A stretch of DNA of 64,000 nucleotides from Candidatus Omnitrophota bacterium (GCA_041667545.1 JBAYES010000002.1:5035-69034); one strand, 5' to 3'; positions 49,030 to 58,709 are shown, counted from the stretch's first letter. Notes: generated by a model not told the origin, from the sequence alone. Translations and numbers: made by a program.

Positions 49030-50131
49030 AACCTTTTATCAGTTCTTAGCAAAGCATAAGCATAGTTTTTTCGCTCCGCCGCGAGAGGGAGACTTTGACG
49101 GGGCCGCGGTTTCCGCCGTTATGTCGGAAGACATTGATCTCGGGGGATTTTGGGCTCTCGTCAATTCCACCTCAGATGATGTTGTGGAAAAAGCGGCTTT
49201 AAGGGCACATGAACTTACCATACGGAATTTCGGCAGAGTTATCCATTTATATACCCCTATGTATCTTTCAAATTTCTGTGATAATGAATGTGTATATTGC
49301 GGGTTCAAAAAAGGTAATACTATCCAAAGAAAAACTCTCACTATGGATGAAGTGAGGCGTGAGTCTGAATACATATATTCCAAGGGATTCAGAAACATAC
49401 TGATATTGACTGGCGGGGCAAGAGGCGCGGCTCCCATAGATTACATAAAGTCCTGTGTGAAGATCCTCAGGGAGAGGTTCAGCTCTATTTCTATTGAGGT
49501 ATACGAGCTTACTACGGACGAGTATCGCGAACTTATAGACGAAGGGGTCGATGGGCTTGTTATATATCAGGAGGTTTATGATGAGGATATATACCGGAAG
49601 GTCCATCTTTCGGGAGCCAAGCAGAATTATGAGTTCAGGCTATCCGCTCCCGAAAGAGCTCTTTCCGCGGGAATGCGGACAGTCAGCATAGGGGCATTGC
49701 TTGGTTTGGGAGAGTGGAAAAGCGAGGGTTTTTTTACGGCCCTTCATGCTTCTTATCTTGAGAAAATGTTCCCTTCCGCGGAAATAAGTATTTCAGTTCC
49801 CAGGATAAGACCGCAGGTTTCTTCCTTTAAACCGTATTCGGAAGTGTCAGACAAAGATCTTGTAAGGATAGTAACATCTTTAAGGGTATTCCTGCCCAGG
49901 GTAGGGATAACGCTTTCTACGCGTGAGAGGGCGTATCTCAGGGATATTCTTCTTTCTGTAGGCGTAACGCGAATGTCCGCCGGATCGACTACGTGCGTGG
50001 GAGGGCATACGGTTAAAAAAGAGGAATGCCGGGCGGAACAATTTGAGATATCGGACATAAGAGACCTTAATGAGATAAAGGACATGCTTAGAAATAAGGG
50101 GTATCAGCCCGTTCTCAAGGATTGGACATAG
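49016..50131 (+). CDS. thiH: 2-iminoacetate synthase (radical SAM tyrosine lyase)
   Basis: 371 aa; '[12 protein letters not shown]' radical-SAM motif; no HydG-type C-terminal CX2CX22C; thi operon context. Confidence 0.75.
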   Translation: MKKSETFYQFLAKHKHSFFAPPREGDFDGAAVSAVMSEDIDLGGFWALVNSTSDDVVEKAALRAHELTIRNFGRVIHLYTPMYLSNFCDNECVYCGFKKGNTIQRKTLTMDEVRRESEYIYSKGFRNILILTGGARGAAPIDYIKSCVKILRERFSSISIEVYELTTDEYRELIDEGVDGLVIYQEVYDEDIYRKVHLSGAKQNYEFRLSAPERALSAGMRTVSIGALLGLGEWKSEGFFTALHASYLEKMFPSAEISISVPRIRPQVSSFKPYSEVSDKDLVRIVTSLRVFLPRVGITLSTRERAYLRDILLSVGVTRMSAGSTTCVGGHTVKKEECRAEQFEISDIRDLNEIKDMLRNKGYQPVLKDWT

Positions 50132-50156
50132 TTCTCGGTAATAAAATCGGAGTAAT

Positions 50157-50777
50157 ATGAATTTATTCGAGATGGAACTGGAAATAAAATTCGGCAAGAC
50201 ATATCTTGAGAAACTTTGCGGTGTAAAGGTCGGTATCGCCGGCGCCGGTGGATTGGGGTCTAACTGCGCCGCGAATCTTGTAAGATGCGGTTTTAAGAGA
50301 TTTGTAATAGCGGATTTCGATGTCGTGGAGTTCTCAAATATGAACAGGCAGTTCTATTTTTATGATCAGGCCGGCCAAAAAAAAGTGGAAGCGCTTAAAA
50401 CCAACCTTCTTAAGATAAATCCTGATCTTGAAATAGATGTTCTGCATACATTAATCACCGGCGAAAATGTCCGAGAGATATTTTTGGAATGTGAAGTGGT
50501 GGTAGAGGCTTTTGATAAAGCGGGATCTAAAAAAATGATAGTCGAGGCCTTCATGGGACGGGAAAAATTTGTTGTTTCGGCATCGGGCCTTGGCGGGATA
50601 GGCAGGACCGACGAGATAAGGAGCCGGAGGGTGGGGAATAACCTGGTTATTGTAGGGGACCTTGTTTCGGATTCCGCGAACAGTCTTCCGGTATCTCCCA
50701 GAGTGAACATCGCCGCCGCGAAACAGGCGGATGCGGTGCTCGAATACGTTCTTGCCCGGCCCGATGCGAAGGCCTGA
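50157..50777 (+). CDS. thiF: ThiS/MoaD adenylyltransferase (E1-like)
   Basis: 206 aa; 'VGIAGAGGLGSNCAANLVRCG' nucleotide-binding motif of ThiF/MoeB. Confidence 0.7.
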   Translation: MNLFEMELEIKFGKTYLEKLCGVKVGIAGAGGLGSNCAANLVRCGFKRFVIADFDVVEFSNMNRQFYFYDQAGQKKVEALKTNLLKINPDLEIDVLHTLITGENVREIFLECEVVVEAFDKAGSKKMIVEAFMGREKFVVSASGLGGIGRTDEIRSRRVGNNLVIVGDLVSDSANSLPVSPRVNIAAAKQADAVLEYVLARPDAKA

Positions 50778-50798
50778 AAGTGACAGGGGAGTTTATTT

Positions 50799-51794
50799 AT
50801 GAAAGCCATATGTTCCTTTTCCGGAGGGCTCGACAGCATGCTCGCAGCGAAGATCATCCTTAATGAAGGCATTGAAGTGGAGGGGGTATACTTCAGGACC
50901 GGGTTCGGAGGATGCGGAGAAAAGGAAAGCGCTCTTCCAGTAAAGAAAAGGGCGGAAAGTATAGGCATTAAACTTACCGTGGCGGATGTCGGGCAGGACC
51001 TTCTTAAAATAATCAGATCTCCCCGTTTCGGGTTCGGCAGGAACATGAACCCCTGCATGGACTGCCATGCTTTATTTTTTAAAAAGTGCGCGGAATATAT
51101 GAAAAAGCTCGGCGGGTCCTTTGTAATTACGGGCGAGGTACTGGGAGAAAGGCCGATGTCTCAGCGTAAACGGGCCATGCGTGAAATAGATGAGTTCACG
51201 GGGCTCGGAGGGCTTGTCTTAAGGCCTCTTTCCGCGAAGCTTCTGGAAGAGACCGTTCCCGAAAAAAAGAAATGGGTAAAAAGAGAAAAACTTTTCGGGA
51301 TAAGCGGCCGGTCCCGTAAGCCCCAGAGGATGCTTGCCGAAAAGCTTGGGATAGGATCCTATCCCAATTCCGCCGGTGGATGCCTGCTTACTCAAAAAGA
51401 TTTCTCCAGAAAGCTTAAGGACCTTATGGAGAATAAAACCAAAATAACGGTCGGGGATATATCCGCGTTAAGATCGGGGCGTCATTTCAGGCTGTCCGGC
51501 GGAGCCAAGTTCGTCGCGGGCCGTGACAAAAAAGAGAATTCAAACATCCTTGAAAACGCCTCTAAAGGCGACGTGTGTTTTATGACCGTTGATATCCCCG
51601 GACCCGCCGGTGTCCTTTCGGGCAAGGCGGGGAAAAGCGATAAGAAAGCGGCGGCGGATATAATCGCGGCATATAGTGACGCATACGAAGGCGATATAGT
51701 AAAAATGCGGGAAAGAAAAGGGGGTCGCGGAGCCTGGCGGGAGTTACATGTCGAAGCCGGTCCGAAAAGAAAAGTCAGGCAGTTCCTGGTTTGA
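50799..51794 (+). CDS. PP-loop ATP pyrophosphatase family protein (ThiI/LarE-like sulfur-transfer enzyme)
   Basis: 331 aa; 'CSFSGGLDS' PP-loop; 'NPCMDCH' Cys motif; downstream of thiF. Confidence 0.45.
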   Translation: MKAICSFSGGLDSMLAAKIILNEGIEVEGVYFRTGFGGCGEKESALPVKKRAESIGIKLTVADVGQDLLKIIRSPRFGFGRNMNPCMDCHALFFKKCAEYMKKLGGSFVITGEVLGERPMSQRKRAMREIDEFTGLGGLVLRPLSAKLLEETVPEKKKWVKREKLFGISGRSRKPQRMLAEKLGIGSYPNSAGGCLLTQKDFSRKLKDLMENKTKITVGDISALRSGRHFRLSGGAKFVAGRDKKENSNILENASKGDVCFMTVDIPGPAGVLSGKAGKSDKKAAADIIAAYSDAYEGDIVKMRERKGGRGAWRELHVEAGPKRKVRQFLV

Positions 51795-51990
51795 GGGGGG
51801 GGGAATAAGTACTTACTCCCAGCAGGAGGGCTTGTGTATTTTTTCGCTGGTTTTACCCTGGATTTTGCAGAGGCAAAATCCACCCGAAGGGCCGTGAAAC
51901 GGGGGATCCCAAAATTTTTCAAAATTTTGGGGAACATACCTCTGGCATCGGACGGGGACACAAAAGTTGGCTCTAAGGCAGTTGATATAT

Positions 51991-52103
51991 GCGGACGAGC
52001 GAGCGGGCATGGTCCCCTATGGCACGGGCCATAGGGGGAGCGAGCGAGTCCGTCGAGCGCAAGCGTCCCTCGCAGGGAATATCGGACCCTTGCGCTCAGG
52101 GGT
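51991..52103. repeat. family B repeat, short copy
   Basis: GACGAGCGAGCGGGCATGGTCC...GGGAGCGAGCGAGTCCGTCGAGCGCAAGCGTCCCTCGCAGGGAA shared with 53520-53660. Confidence 0.6.
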
Positions 52104-52177
52104 GCTTTTTGTGTGGATAAAGTCTTTATTTTTGGAAGTCATTAAGCTATTTGTTGTTGGAGAGGAATAGATCAAAG

Positions 52178-53239
52178 ATGGATATTGAGCGTATTTTTGA
52201 CAAAATAGACAAAGATTCCGGGCTTACGGCCGGCGAGGTGGAGTTTCTGCTTACGGCCGACGGAGATGAAGTTGAAGCGCTTTACGGTAAAGCCGACAGT
52301 GTGCGGCGGGATAACATGGGAGATGATGTATATCTCAGAGGAATAGTGGAGTTCTCTAATTTCTGCGTTAAAAATTGTTTCTATTGCGGGATATATTCCT
52401 CTAATAAGAAGGTTAAGAGATATCGCATTCCGGATGAAGAGATACTGGATGTCTGCCGTGAGATGGAAAAAAGAGGCCAGACCACGGTTGTTCTGCAGTC
52501 GGGAGAAGACCCCTTCTACACGAAAGAAAAAATGGGAAAACTGATACGGACTATAAAAAGTGAAACAACTCTTGCCGTTACGCTGTCCGTGGGAGAAAGG
52601 GACAGAGAAACGTACGGTTACTGGAAAGATAGCGGTATGGATAGATACCTTTTACGGTTCGAGACATCGGACGAGACATTGTTCAAGGCCTGTCACCCCG
52701 ATGCCGATCTTGCCGGGAGGTTAACATGTCTCAAAGATCTCAAAGAACTTGGAGTTCAGACAGGTTCGGGTTTTCTTATAGGCCTGCCTGATGCGACCAT
52801 CGCGCAGCTTGCCCGCGATATCCTTTTTTGCACGGAACTTGAGCTCGACATGATCGGCGTCGGGCCATTCATCCCTCATGGGGATACAAGATTTAATTCT
52901 CTTCACAACACTTTCGGTAAAGATATATTTTTCAAGACGGTCGCGATACTGCGGCTTTTGAATAAAACGGCTCATATTCCGGCGACAACGGCTTTTGACG
53001 CAGTGGATCCCGAAGGAAGGAACCTTCTTCTTTTAAGGGGATGTAATGTTTTTATGCCGAACTCAACACCGGTAAAATACAGGGAACATTACCTGCTTTA
53101 TCCGGGTAAACCTTGTGTCGACGAGAGCGCCGAAGACTGTTCCGCCTGTGTTCTTGGAAGGATATCCGCGCTCGGTAGAAAGATAGGCAAAGGCCCGGGC
53201 CATTCGATCCGCGCCGGTCACAGTTCGTCTCTCGAATAG
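52178..53239 (+). CDS. hydE: [FeFe]-hydrogenase H-cluster maturase HydE (radical SAM)
   Basis: about 353 aa; near-collinear match to T. maritima HydE from memory: 'IVEFSNFCVKNCFYCG', 'YRIP', 'VLQSGEDP', 'AVTLSVGE', 'YLLRFET', 'DMIGVGPFIPH', 'IPATTAF', 'YPGKPCV', 'LGRK'. Confidence 0.8.
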   Translation: MDIERIFDKIDKDSGLTAGEVEFLLTADGDEVEALYGKADSVRRDNMGDDVYLRGIVEFSNFCVKNCFYCGIYSSNKKVKRYRIPDEEILDVCREMEKRGQTTVVLQSGEDPFYTKEKMGKLIRTIKSETTLAVTLSVGERDRETYGYWKDSGMDRYLLRFETSDETLFKACHPDADLAGRLTCLKDLKELGVQTGSGFLIGLPDATIAQLARDILFCTELELDMIGVGPFIPHGDTRFNSLHNTFGKDIFFKTVAILRLLNKTAHIPATTAFDAVDPEGRNLLLLRGCNVFMPNSTPVKYREHYLLYPGKPCVDESAEDCSACVLGRISALGRKIGKGPGHSIRAGHSSSLE

Positions 53240-53271
53240 ACAGGGTACTTAATATTCCAGGTGCCGCTATT

Positions 53272-53675
53272 CGCCGCAAGGACCTGGGCTTCCCTGCGAA
53301 ACGACACGATGGGTCTGATATGTCCCTTCCGGGGACGTTCGCCCGGCTCCAGCGGCCGGGCTCACTCCACGTTGAGCTGTTTTACCCCTCGCTCTTTCTC
53401 TGTAAGCTTGCTAAAGGTTCGCTCGGGGACCGATCTAAAACAAGCTCACCGAGGCCCCGTCCGGGACATATCAGCCCCATCGTTCGCCGCAAGGGCCTGG
53501 GATTCCCGGAGAGGGCGTTGGACGAGCGAGCGGGCATGGTCCACGCTGTGTCCTGAGCGAAACCGAGCGAAGGGAGGGCACGGGCCCTCGTGGGAGCGAG
53601 CGAGTCCGTCGAGCGCAGATTTTCTCGCTGGGAAAATCAAGCGTCCCTCGCAGGGAAGCCCAGGTCCTTGCGGCG
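53272..53675. repeat. family B composite nested inverted-repeat element
   Basis: perfect 28-bp TIRs CGCCGCAAGGACCTGGGCTTCCCTGCGA (53272-99) / TCGCAGGGAAGCCCAGGTCCTTGCGGCG (53648-75); inner 15-16-bp inverted repeat GGGTCTGATATGTCCC (53311-26) / GGGACATATCAGCCCC (53463-78); internal duplication of the left TIR region at 53482-53515. Confidence 0.7.
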
Positions 53676-53779
53676 GGGTGGGTTACAAAAATTTGTTCGT
53701 AGGGATGTTTGTGTTATAATGTTTTTAGGGGAAAGTGAATTTTAGGGTCACTGTTCCGGAAATGAAAGGTCGTTAGAAT

Positions 53780-54985
53780 ATGGAAAAGAAGAACATATAT
53801 ATGGATTACAATGCCACAACCCCTCTTCATCCCGAGGTGAAGAAGGCAATGGCGGAAGCTATGGATGTGTACGGCAACCCGTCGAGTCTTCACTGGTTCG
53901 GGAGGAAGGCCAAGGGGATGATAGAATCGGCTCGCAGAAAGGTGGCCGACCTTATAGGCGCATCGCATGATGAGATAATTTTTGTAGGAAGCGGTTCCGA
54001 AGCGAACAATACGGTGCTTTCCATCTTTTCCTGCCATCCTAAAGGATGTGACGGATGCAGGCAGGGCCGTAATGAGATAGTTACTACGTCCATAGAACAC
54101 CCATGCATAATGGAAACGTCTAAATGTTTGGAGATAAAGGGCACTCCCGTTAAATATCTCAGGGTAGACTCGTACGGTAAAGTTGATATGAACGATCTTG
54201 CCGGTTCCATAGGCAACAGGACGGGCCTTGTTTCCGTGATGATGGCCAACAATGAAATAGGCACTTTGCAGGATATAAAGGCAATAGCCGAAGTGGCGCA
54301 TGACAGGGGAGCGCTTTTTCATACGGATGCTGTCCAGGCCGTAGGTAAGATACCCGTTAATGTAAAGGAACTTGACGTGGATTTTCTGACCATATCAGCG
54401 CATAAGATATACGGCCCTAAGGGGGTCGGAGCGCTTTATGTAAGAAAAGGGGTTCCTTTCTGCCCGATGATCCGCGGCGGGCATCAAGAAATGGGAAGAA
54501 GAGCGGGAACAGAGAACACACTGGGAATACTGGGCCTTGGCGCGGCTTCCGATCTGAGAATAAGGGAGATGGCCGAAGAGGAGAAACGGCTTTTAAAACT
54601 GAAAGCCATAATAAGGAAAGGGATAGAAAATAATGTGCCGGATGTTGTTTTCAATGGTCACCCGGAAGACTGTCTTCCGGGTACTTTAAATGTTTCTTTT
54701 GTGGGAGCGGAAGGCGAGTCGGTGCTTCTGGCTCTGGATCTTGAGGGGATATCCGTTTCTACCGGGTCGGCTTGCGCGTCCGGAGCGCTTGATCCGTCGC
54801 ATGTCCTTCTGGCAACGGGGCTTGATGTGGCGCTTGCGCATGACTCTATAAGGGTCAGCCTCGGCAGGGAAAATACAGAGGAAGATGCTGAAAAGTTCGT
54901 GGGCACTATTGCTTCTTGTGTGGGAAGAATAAGGGACATTTCGACAGCGTACGGAAAAAAAGGTCAAAATAAGCTGGAAACTTAA
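53780..54985 (+). CDS. nifS: cysteine desulfurase (NifS/IscS)
   Basis: 401 aa; 'MDYNATTPLHPEV', PLP-Lys 'SAHKIYGPKGVGALY', 'GSACASG' active-site Cys. Confidence 0.85.
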   Translation: MEKKNIYMDYNATTPLHPEVKKAMAEAMDVYGNPSSLHWFGRKAKGMIESARRKVADLIGASHDEIIFVGSGSEANNTVLSIFSCHPKGCDGCRQGRNEIVTTSIEHPCIMETSKCLEIKGTPVKYLRVDSYGKVDMNDLAGSIGNRTGLVSVMMANNEIGTLQDIKAIAEVAHDRGALFHTDAVQAVGKIPVNVKELDVDFLTISAHKIYGPKGVGALYVRKGVPFCPMIRGGHQEMGRRAGTENTLGILGLGAASDLRIREMAEEEKRLLKLKAIIRKGIENNVPDVVFNGHPEDCLPGTLNVSFVGAEGESVLLALDLEGISVSTGSACASGALDPSHVLLATGLDVALAHDSIRVSLGRENTEEDAEKFVGTIASCVGRIRDISTAYGKKGQNKLET

Positions 54986-55002
54986 AGGGAAGGGCGAGTT
55001 CT

Positions 55003-55614
55003 ATGGACTGGGCTTATACGGAAAAAGTGAAAGATCATTTTATGAACCCGAGGAACATACTTGGGGACGAAAACCCCGACGGATATGACGGAAAAGGGAT
55101 GGTAGGGAATATTAAATGCGGAGATCAAATGCTCATGGTAATAAAGGTAGATCCGGCGGAGGGAACGATCTCGGAGTGCAAATGGAAAACATACGGATGC
55201 GCCAGCGCGATAGCGTCTACATCTGTACTTTCCGAAATGGTAATAGGAATGAAGCTCGAGGATGCCTATCACATATCGCCCAAAGAGATAACTTCTGAGC
55301 TTGGAGAACTTCCCGAGCATAAGATACACTGTTCGGTCCTGGGTGATAAAGCCCTCAGAGAAGCCATAAACGATTATTACAGAAGAAGCGGAAAAAGTGA
55401 AAAGATAGAAGAAGAAAAAGCGCGGATAATATGCCAGTGTATGAGTGTTACAGATCATGAAATAGAAGAAGCGGTCCTGGAAGGAGCCCGGACATATCTG
55501 GAACTTCAGGAGCATACAAAGCTTGGTACCGTGTGCGGGCAGTGCAAGGAAGAAGCGCAAAAACTTTTGGCTGAGTATTCGCAAAAGCATTTCGGTAAAC
55601 AGGGAGATATCTGA
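55003..55614 (+). CDS. nifU: NifU (IscU-like scaffold N-domain plus BFD-like [2Fe-2S] domain)
   Basis: 203 aa; 'GNIKCGD', 'YGCASAIAS', 'HCSVLG' scaffold cysteines; 'CQCMSVTDHEIEEAV...CGQCKEE' BFD-like domain. Confidence 0.8.
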   Translation: MDWAYTEKVKDHFMNPRNILGDENPDGYDGKGMVGNIKCGDQMLMVIKVDPAEGTISECKWKTYGCASAIASTSVLSEMVIGMKLEDAYHISPKEITSELGELPEHKIHCSVLGDKALREAINDYYRRSGKSEKIEEEKARIICQCMSVTDHEIEEAVLEGARTYLELQEHTKLGTVCGQCKEEAQKLLAEYSQKHFGKQGDI

Positions 55615-55616
55615 GA

Positions 55617-56075
55617 ATGAAAATACAGCTCTTTACGGTATGGCTTCTTCCGTTAATAGTTCTTGGAGGAATGTTCTTTCCGCCTCTCGGATACCTGGTA
55701 TTTTTCATGATGCTTTTTTTTCTGCCGTTCTCTTATTTCAGGGGCAGGCAATGGTGCGGAAAGATCTGTCCGAGAGGAGCTTTCCTTGACATTTTATTAT
55801 CCCGGTTAAGCGGAAAAGCTAAAGTGCCAGGCTTCATGCATAAGAACTGGTTCAAGTTAACCGTGTTTTGTTCGTTCATGATATTCTTCATCTCCCAATT
55901 TGTAGTTTCCGAGAAAAATTTTAATTCTTTTGGATTTGTTTTTGTAAGGATGTGCCTTCTTTCCACTCTTGTTGCTGTTACCCTTGGAATCCCTTTTCAC
56001 CAGAGGACCTGGTGCGTTTTTTGCCCTATGGGATTTCTGCAGTCAAAGATAAGGGCGCTTAATAAAAGGAAGTGA
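55617..56075 (+). CDS. small polytopic membrane protein with CGKICP and CVFCPMG motifs
   Basis: 152 aa; about 4 TM helices; two CxxCP motifs; function unknown. Confidence 0.35.
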   Translation: MKIQLFTVWLLPLIVLGGMFFPPLGYLVFFMMLFFLPFSYFRGRQWCGKICPRGAFLDILLSRLSGKAKVPGFMHKNWFKLTVFCSFMIFFISQFVVSEKNFNSFGFVFVRMCLLSTLVAVTLGIPFHQRTWCVFCPMGFLQSKIRALNKRK

Positions 56076-56099
56076 TCATTGTTCTGATAACAAAAGAAC

Positions 56100-56127
56100 T
56101 TGACAAATGAGATAGAAATGGTATCAT
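56100..56127 (+). promoter_or_regulatory. candidate sigma70 promoter for small Cys-rich ORF
   Basis: TTGACA - 16 nt - TATCAT. Confidence 0.4.
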
Positions 56128-56182
56128 TATAGAAAGTCAGGTGGAAAATACAAAAAAGGAACGACAACCAGAAGGAGGCGGT

Positions 56183-56266
56183 ATGAATATTGTTGTAAGA
56201 TATATGCTGCGTCCGGTGGCCCATTGTAAAGAAGGCTGCTGTACGTGGTCCCGGGCAAGACGGTAA
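56183..56266 (+). CDS. 27-aa cysteine-rich small ORF with own RBS, promoter and terminator
   Basis: GAAGGAGG 6 nt upstream of ATG; 'MNIVVRYMLRPVAHCKEGCCTWSRARR'; followed by 13-bp perfect hairpin terminator. Confidence 0.3.
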   Translation: MNIVVRYMLRPVAHCKEGCCTWSRARR

Positions 56267-56281
56267 ACTGCCTGTCGCCAA

Positions 56282-56325
56282 AGTACCGCCGGGGCGGCGG
56301 GAAAGAGCCCCGGCGGTACTTTTGG
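56282..56325 (+). terminator. hairpin terminator after small ORF
   Basis: AGTACCGCCGGGG-cggcgggaaagag-CCCCGGCGGTACT followed by TTTGG. Confidence 0.5.
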
Positions 56326-56373
56326 AGCAACGGATACCGGAAAAGATGAAGATAATACTTAGTGGATGATTTT

Positions 56374-56587
56374 TAGAGTTCTGCAGAATGGACTTTTATA
56401 ACGTTTTTACGAGGAATGAACGAAGTGAGTGACGAAGCCCTTCGTATCGTGATAAATGCTATGGCTCAGGATTTAGGCAGAGTTAGTAAATAGCCGAAGC
56501 AATTTCAATAAAGATGACAAGTTATAAGATTGCTTCGGGCGCTTCGCTCCCTCGCAACGACGTAAAAACGATATTTCGCAGAACCCA
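56374..56587. repeat. MITE-like element family A (long variant, copy 8)
   Basis: TAGAGTTCTGCAGAAT...ATATTTCGCAGAACCCA; flanking direct repeat GGATGATTTT / GGATGGTTTT (1 mismatch). Confidence 0.7.
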
Positions 56588-56614
56588 GGATGGTTTTAAA
56601 AAAGGAGAAGAATA

Positions 56615-56752
56615 ATGGATAAATATGTTTGCCTGGTGTGCGGTTATATTTATGATCCCGCCCAAAACGACGGAGTTTCCTTCCAGGATCTTCCGGAAAA
56701 CTGGGTTTGTCCGGAGTGCGGTGTTGGGAAAGACCAGTTTGAAAAAGCATGA
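56615..56752 (+). CDS. rubredoxin
   Basis: 45 aa (below ORF-track cutoff); 'CLVCGYIYD...[14 protein letters not shown]' two CxxCG knuckles; RBS AAAGGAG. Confidence 0.75.
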   Translation: MDKYVCLVCGYIYDPAQNDGVSFQDLPENWVCPECGVGKDQFEKA

Positions 56753-56777
56753 AGACGCGTGAAAGCAAAAAGGGGAG

Positions 56778-57287
56778 ATGGATATGATAGATAAGAAGAT
56801 GGTGAAGGGGATAACAAGACAGATAAACAGAGAAATATATTCGGGATATTTTTATCTCGCTATGGCTTCTTATGCCCAGGACGCGGGGCTTGCAGGTGTA
56901 GCCAATTGGTTCAATATACAGCTTCAGGAAGAGCTTGGACACGCGAGAAAGTTGTACGCCTATCTTCAGCAGCGGAACGTGAGGGTCATGCTGGAAGGTA
57001 TAGAGAGCCCTCCTCAGGATTTCTCTTCAATTACGGATCTTTTCAAGCAAACGCTTGAGCATGAGAAAAAAGTTACGGCCATGATAACCGATCTTATAAA
57101 TATGGCCATAGAACAAAAGGACAGGGCTACGGAGATAATGCTGCAGTGGTTCGTTACAGAACAGGTAGAAGAAGAAGCCAGCGTTCAGGAGATACTTCAA
57201 AAACTGAAAGTTTTCGGGGAAAAGGGAGATGCTCTTCTTATGATAGACAGGGAACTTGCCGGAAGAACTTCTTCATCTTCGGCGTAG
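56778..57287 (+). CDS. ftnA: non-heme ferritin
   Basis: 169 aa (start may be ATG 56784); ferroxidase residues 'REIYSGYFYLAMASY...EELGHARKLYAYLQ'. Confidence 0.75.
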   Translation: MDMIDKKMVKGITRQINREIYSGYFYLAMASYAQDAGLAGVANWFNIQLQEELGHARKLYAYLQQRNVRVMLEGIESPPQDFSSITDLFKQTLEHEKKVTAMITDLINMAIEQKDRATEIMLQWFVTEQVEEEASVQEILQKLKVFGEKGDALLMIDRELAGRTSSSSA

Positions 57288-57311
57288 GAATAGCGTATAA
57301 GGGAGCGCAAA

Positions 57312-58472
57312 ATGAGACAGGTAAAGTTAAAGGAAGACATATACTGGGTAGGGGGTATAGACTGGGATCTCAGGAATTTTCATGGGTATTCAACTGAAAG
57401 AGGGTCTACATACAACTCGTATCTCATTATTGACGAAAAAAAAGTTCTTGTAGATACCGTGAAAAGCCATTTTTTCGCGGAGATGGCGGAGAGAGCGGGA
57501 AAGATAGCGGACCTTTCGGAAATAGATTATGTTGTTTCAAGCCACACAGAGATGGACCATTCCGGGAGCCTTCCCGAGATAATGAAGCTTTGTCCCGGTG
57601 CTACGATCATAACTTCGCCTAACGGAGAGAAAGCGCTCAAAAAACATTACCGCCACAGTTGGAAAACTAAGGTCGTTAATACCGGAGACAAGGTAAACAT
57701 AGGGAAGAGAGACCTTCAGTTCATTCTTATGCCTATGGTACATTGGCCCGATTCGATGGCGACTTATATTGAGAAAGACAAACTTCTTTTCCCCAACGAC
57801 GCTTTTGGACAGCACATCGCGTCTACGGAAAGATTCGATTCGGAAATGGAATGGGATGTTATAAGGAGTGAGGCGGCGAAGTATTATGCGAATATTGTAA
57901 TGCCTTACGGGGCTCAGGTAACTAAGGCCCTGGATGCTGTGTCAAAGCTTGATGTCGATACGATAGCTCCAAGCCATGGAATAATATGGCGGGAGCATAT
58001 AGGTAAAATAATAGAGCTGTACAGGGAATGGTCTGCAAATATAACACAGAAAAAAGCGGTTATAGTTTACGATACAATGTGGCATTCCACAGAGAAGATC
58101 GCCGGGGCCGTGTTCCGAGCTTTTGATGAGAGCGGCATAAAAGCGATTCCCATGAATCTCGCTTCAAATCATATATCGGATATTATCACGGAAATACTTA
58201 CGGCAAGATATATATGCGTAGGGTCTTCTACTCTGAATAACGGTCTATTGCCGCAGGCCGCGGCTTTTTTAACTTACATGAAGGGACTCGCGCCGAAGAA
58301 CAGGAAGGCTCTTGCTTTCGGATCTTACGGCTGGGGAGGGCAGAGTATCGATCAGATAGACGAGGTACTTAAATCCTGCGGGTTTGAGACATTTGAAAAA
58401 ATAAAGATACAATGGGTGCCGTCCGGGGAAGAACTTGCAGATATAAAACAGCGTGTAACTTCGTATATATAG
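57312..58472 (+). CDS. fprA: flavodiiron protein (A-type flavoprotein; rubredoxin:oxygen/NO oxidoreductase)
   Basis: 386 aa; metallo-beta-lactamase di-iron motif 'SHTEMDHSG', C-terminal flavodoxin domain. Confidence 0.8.
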   Translation: MRQVKLKEDIYWVGGIDWDLRNFHGYSTERGSTYNSYLIIDEKKVLVDTVKSHFFAEMAERAGKIADLSEIDYVVSSHTEMDHSGSLPEIMKLCPGATIITSPNGEKALKKHYRHSWKTKVVNTGDKVNIGKRDLQFILMPMVHWPDSMATYIEKDKLLFPNDAFGQHIASTERFDSEMEWDVIRSEAAKYYANIVMPYGAQVTKALDAVSKLDVDTIAPSHGIIWREHIGKIIELYREWSANITQKKAVIVYDTMWHSTEKIAGAVFRAFDESGIKAIPMNLASNHISDIITEILTARYICVGSSTLNNGLLPQAAAFLTYMKGLAPKNRKALAFGSYGWGGQSIDQIDEVLKSCGFETFEKIKIQWVPSGEELADIKQRVTSYI

Positions 58473-58684
58473 AGTTCTGCGAAATGAATTTTTATACCGT
58501 CTTTGCGAGGAACGAACGAAGTGAGTGACGAAGCCCTTCGTATCGTGATAAAGGCTATGACTCAGGATTCCGCCAGACGTAATAAAAGGGCGGAGCAATC
58601 TTAAAATATATAATAAGTTATGAGGTTGCTTCGGTCGCTTCGCTCCCTCGCAATGACGTGGAATCGCTCTTTCGCAGAACCCTA
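58470..58684. repeat. MITE-like element family A (long variant, copy 9)
   Basis: TAGAGTTCTGCGAAAT...CTTTCGCAGAACCCTA; flanking CGTATAT(A/C) partial direct repeat. Confidence 0.7.
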
Positions 58685-58709
58685 CGTATATCAAAAAAGG
58701 AGGGGAATT

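Noticed and set aside
53460-53480. tmRNA-like 5' end (GGGGCUGAUAUGUCCCGGACGGGG on the reverse strand)
   Set aside because: There is no T-arm (GGUUCGAAUCC), no 3' CCA-proximal acceptor pairing typical of tmRNA and no plausible tag-peptide reading frame ending in AA-stop. The similarity is explained by the inner inverted repeat of the family-B element.
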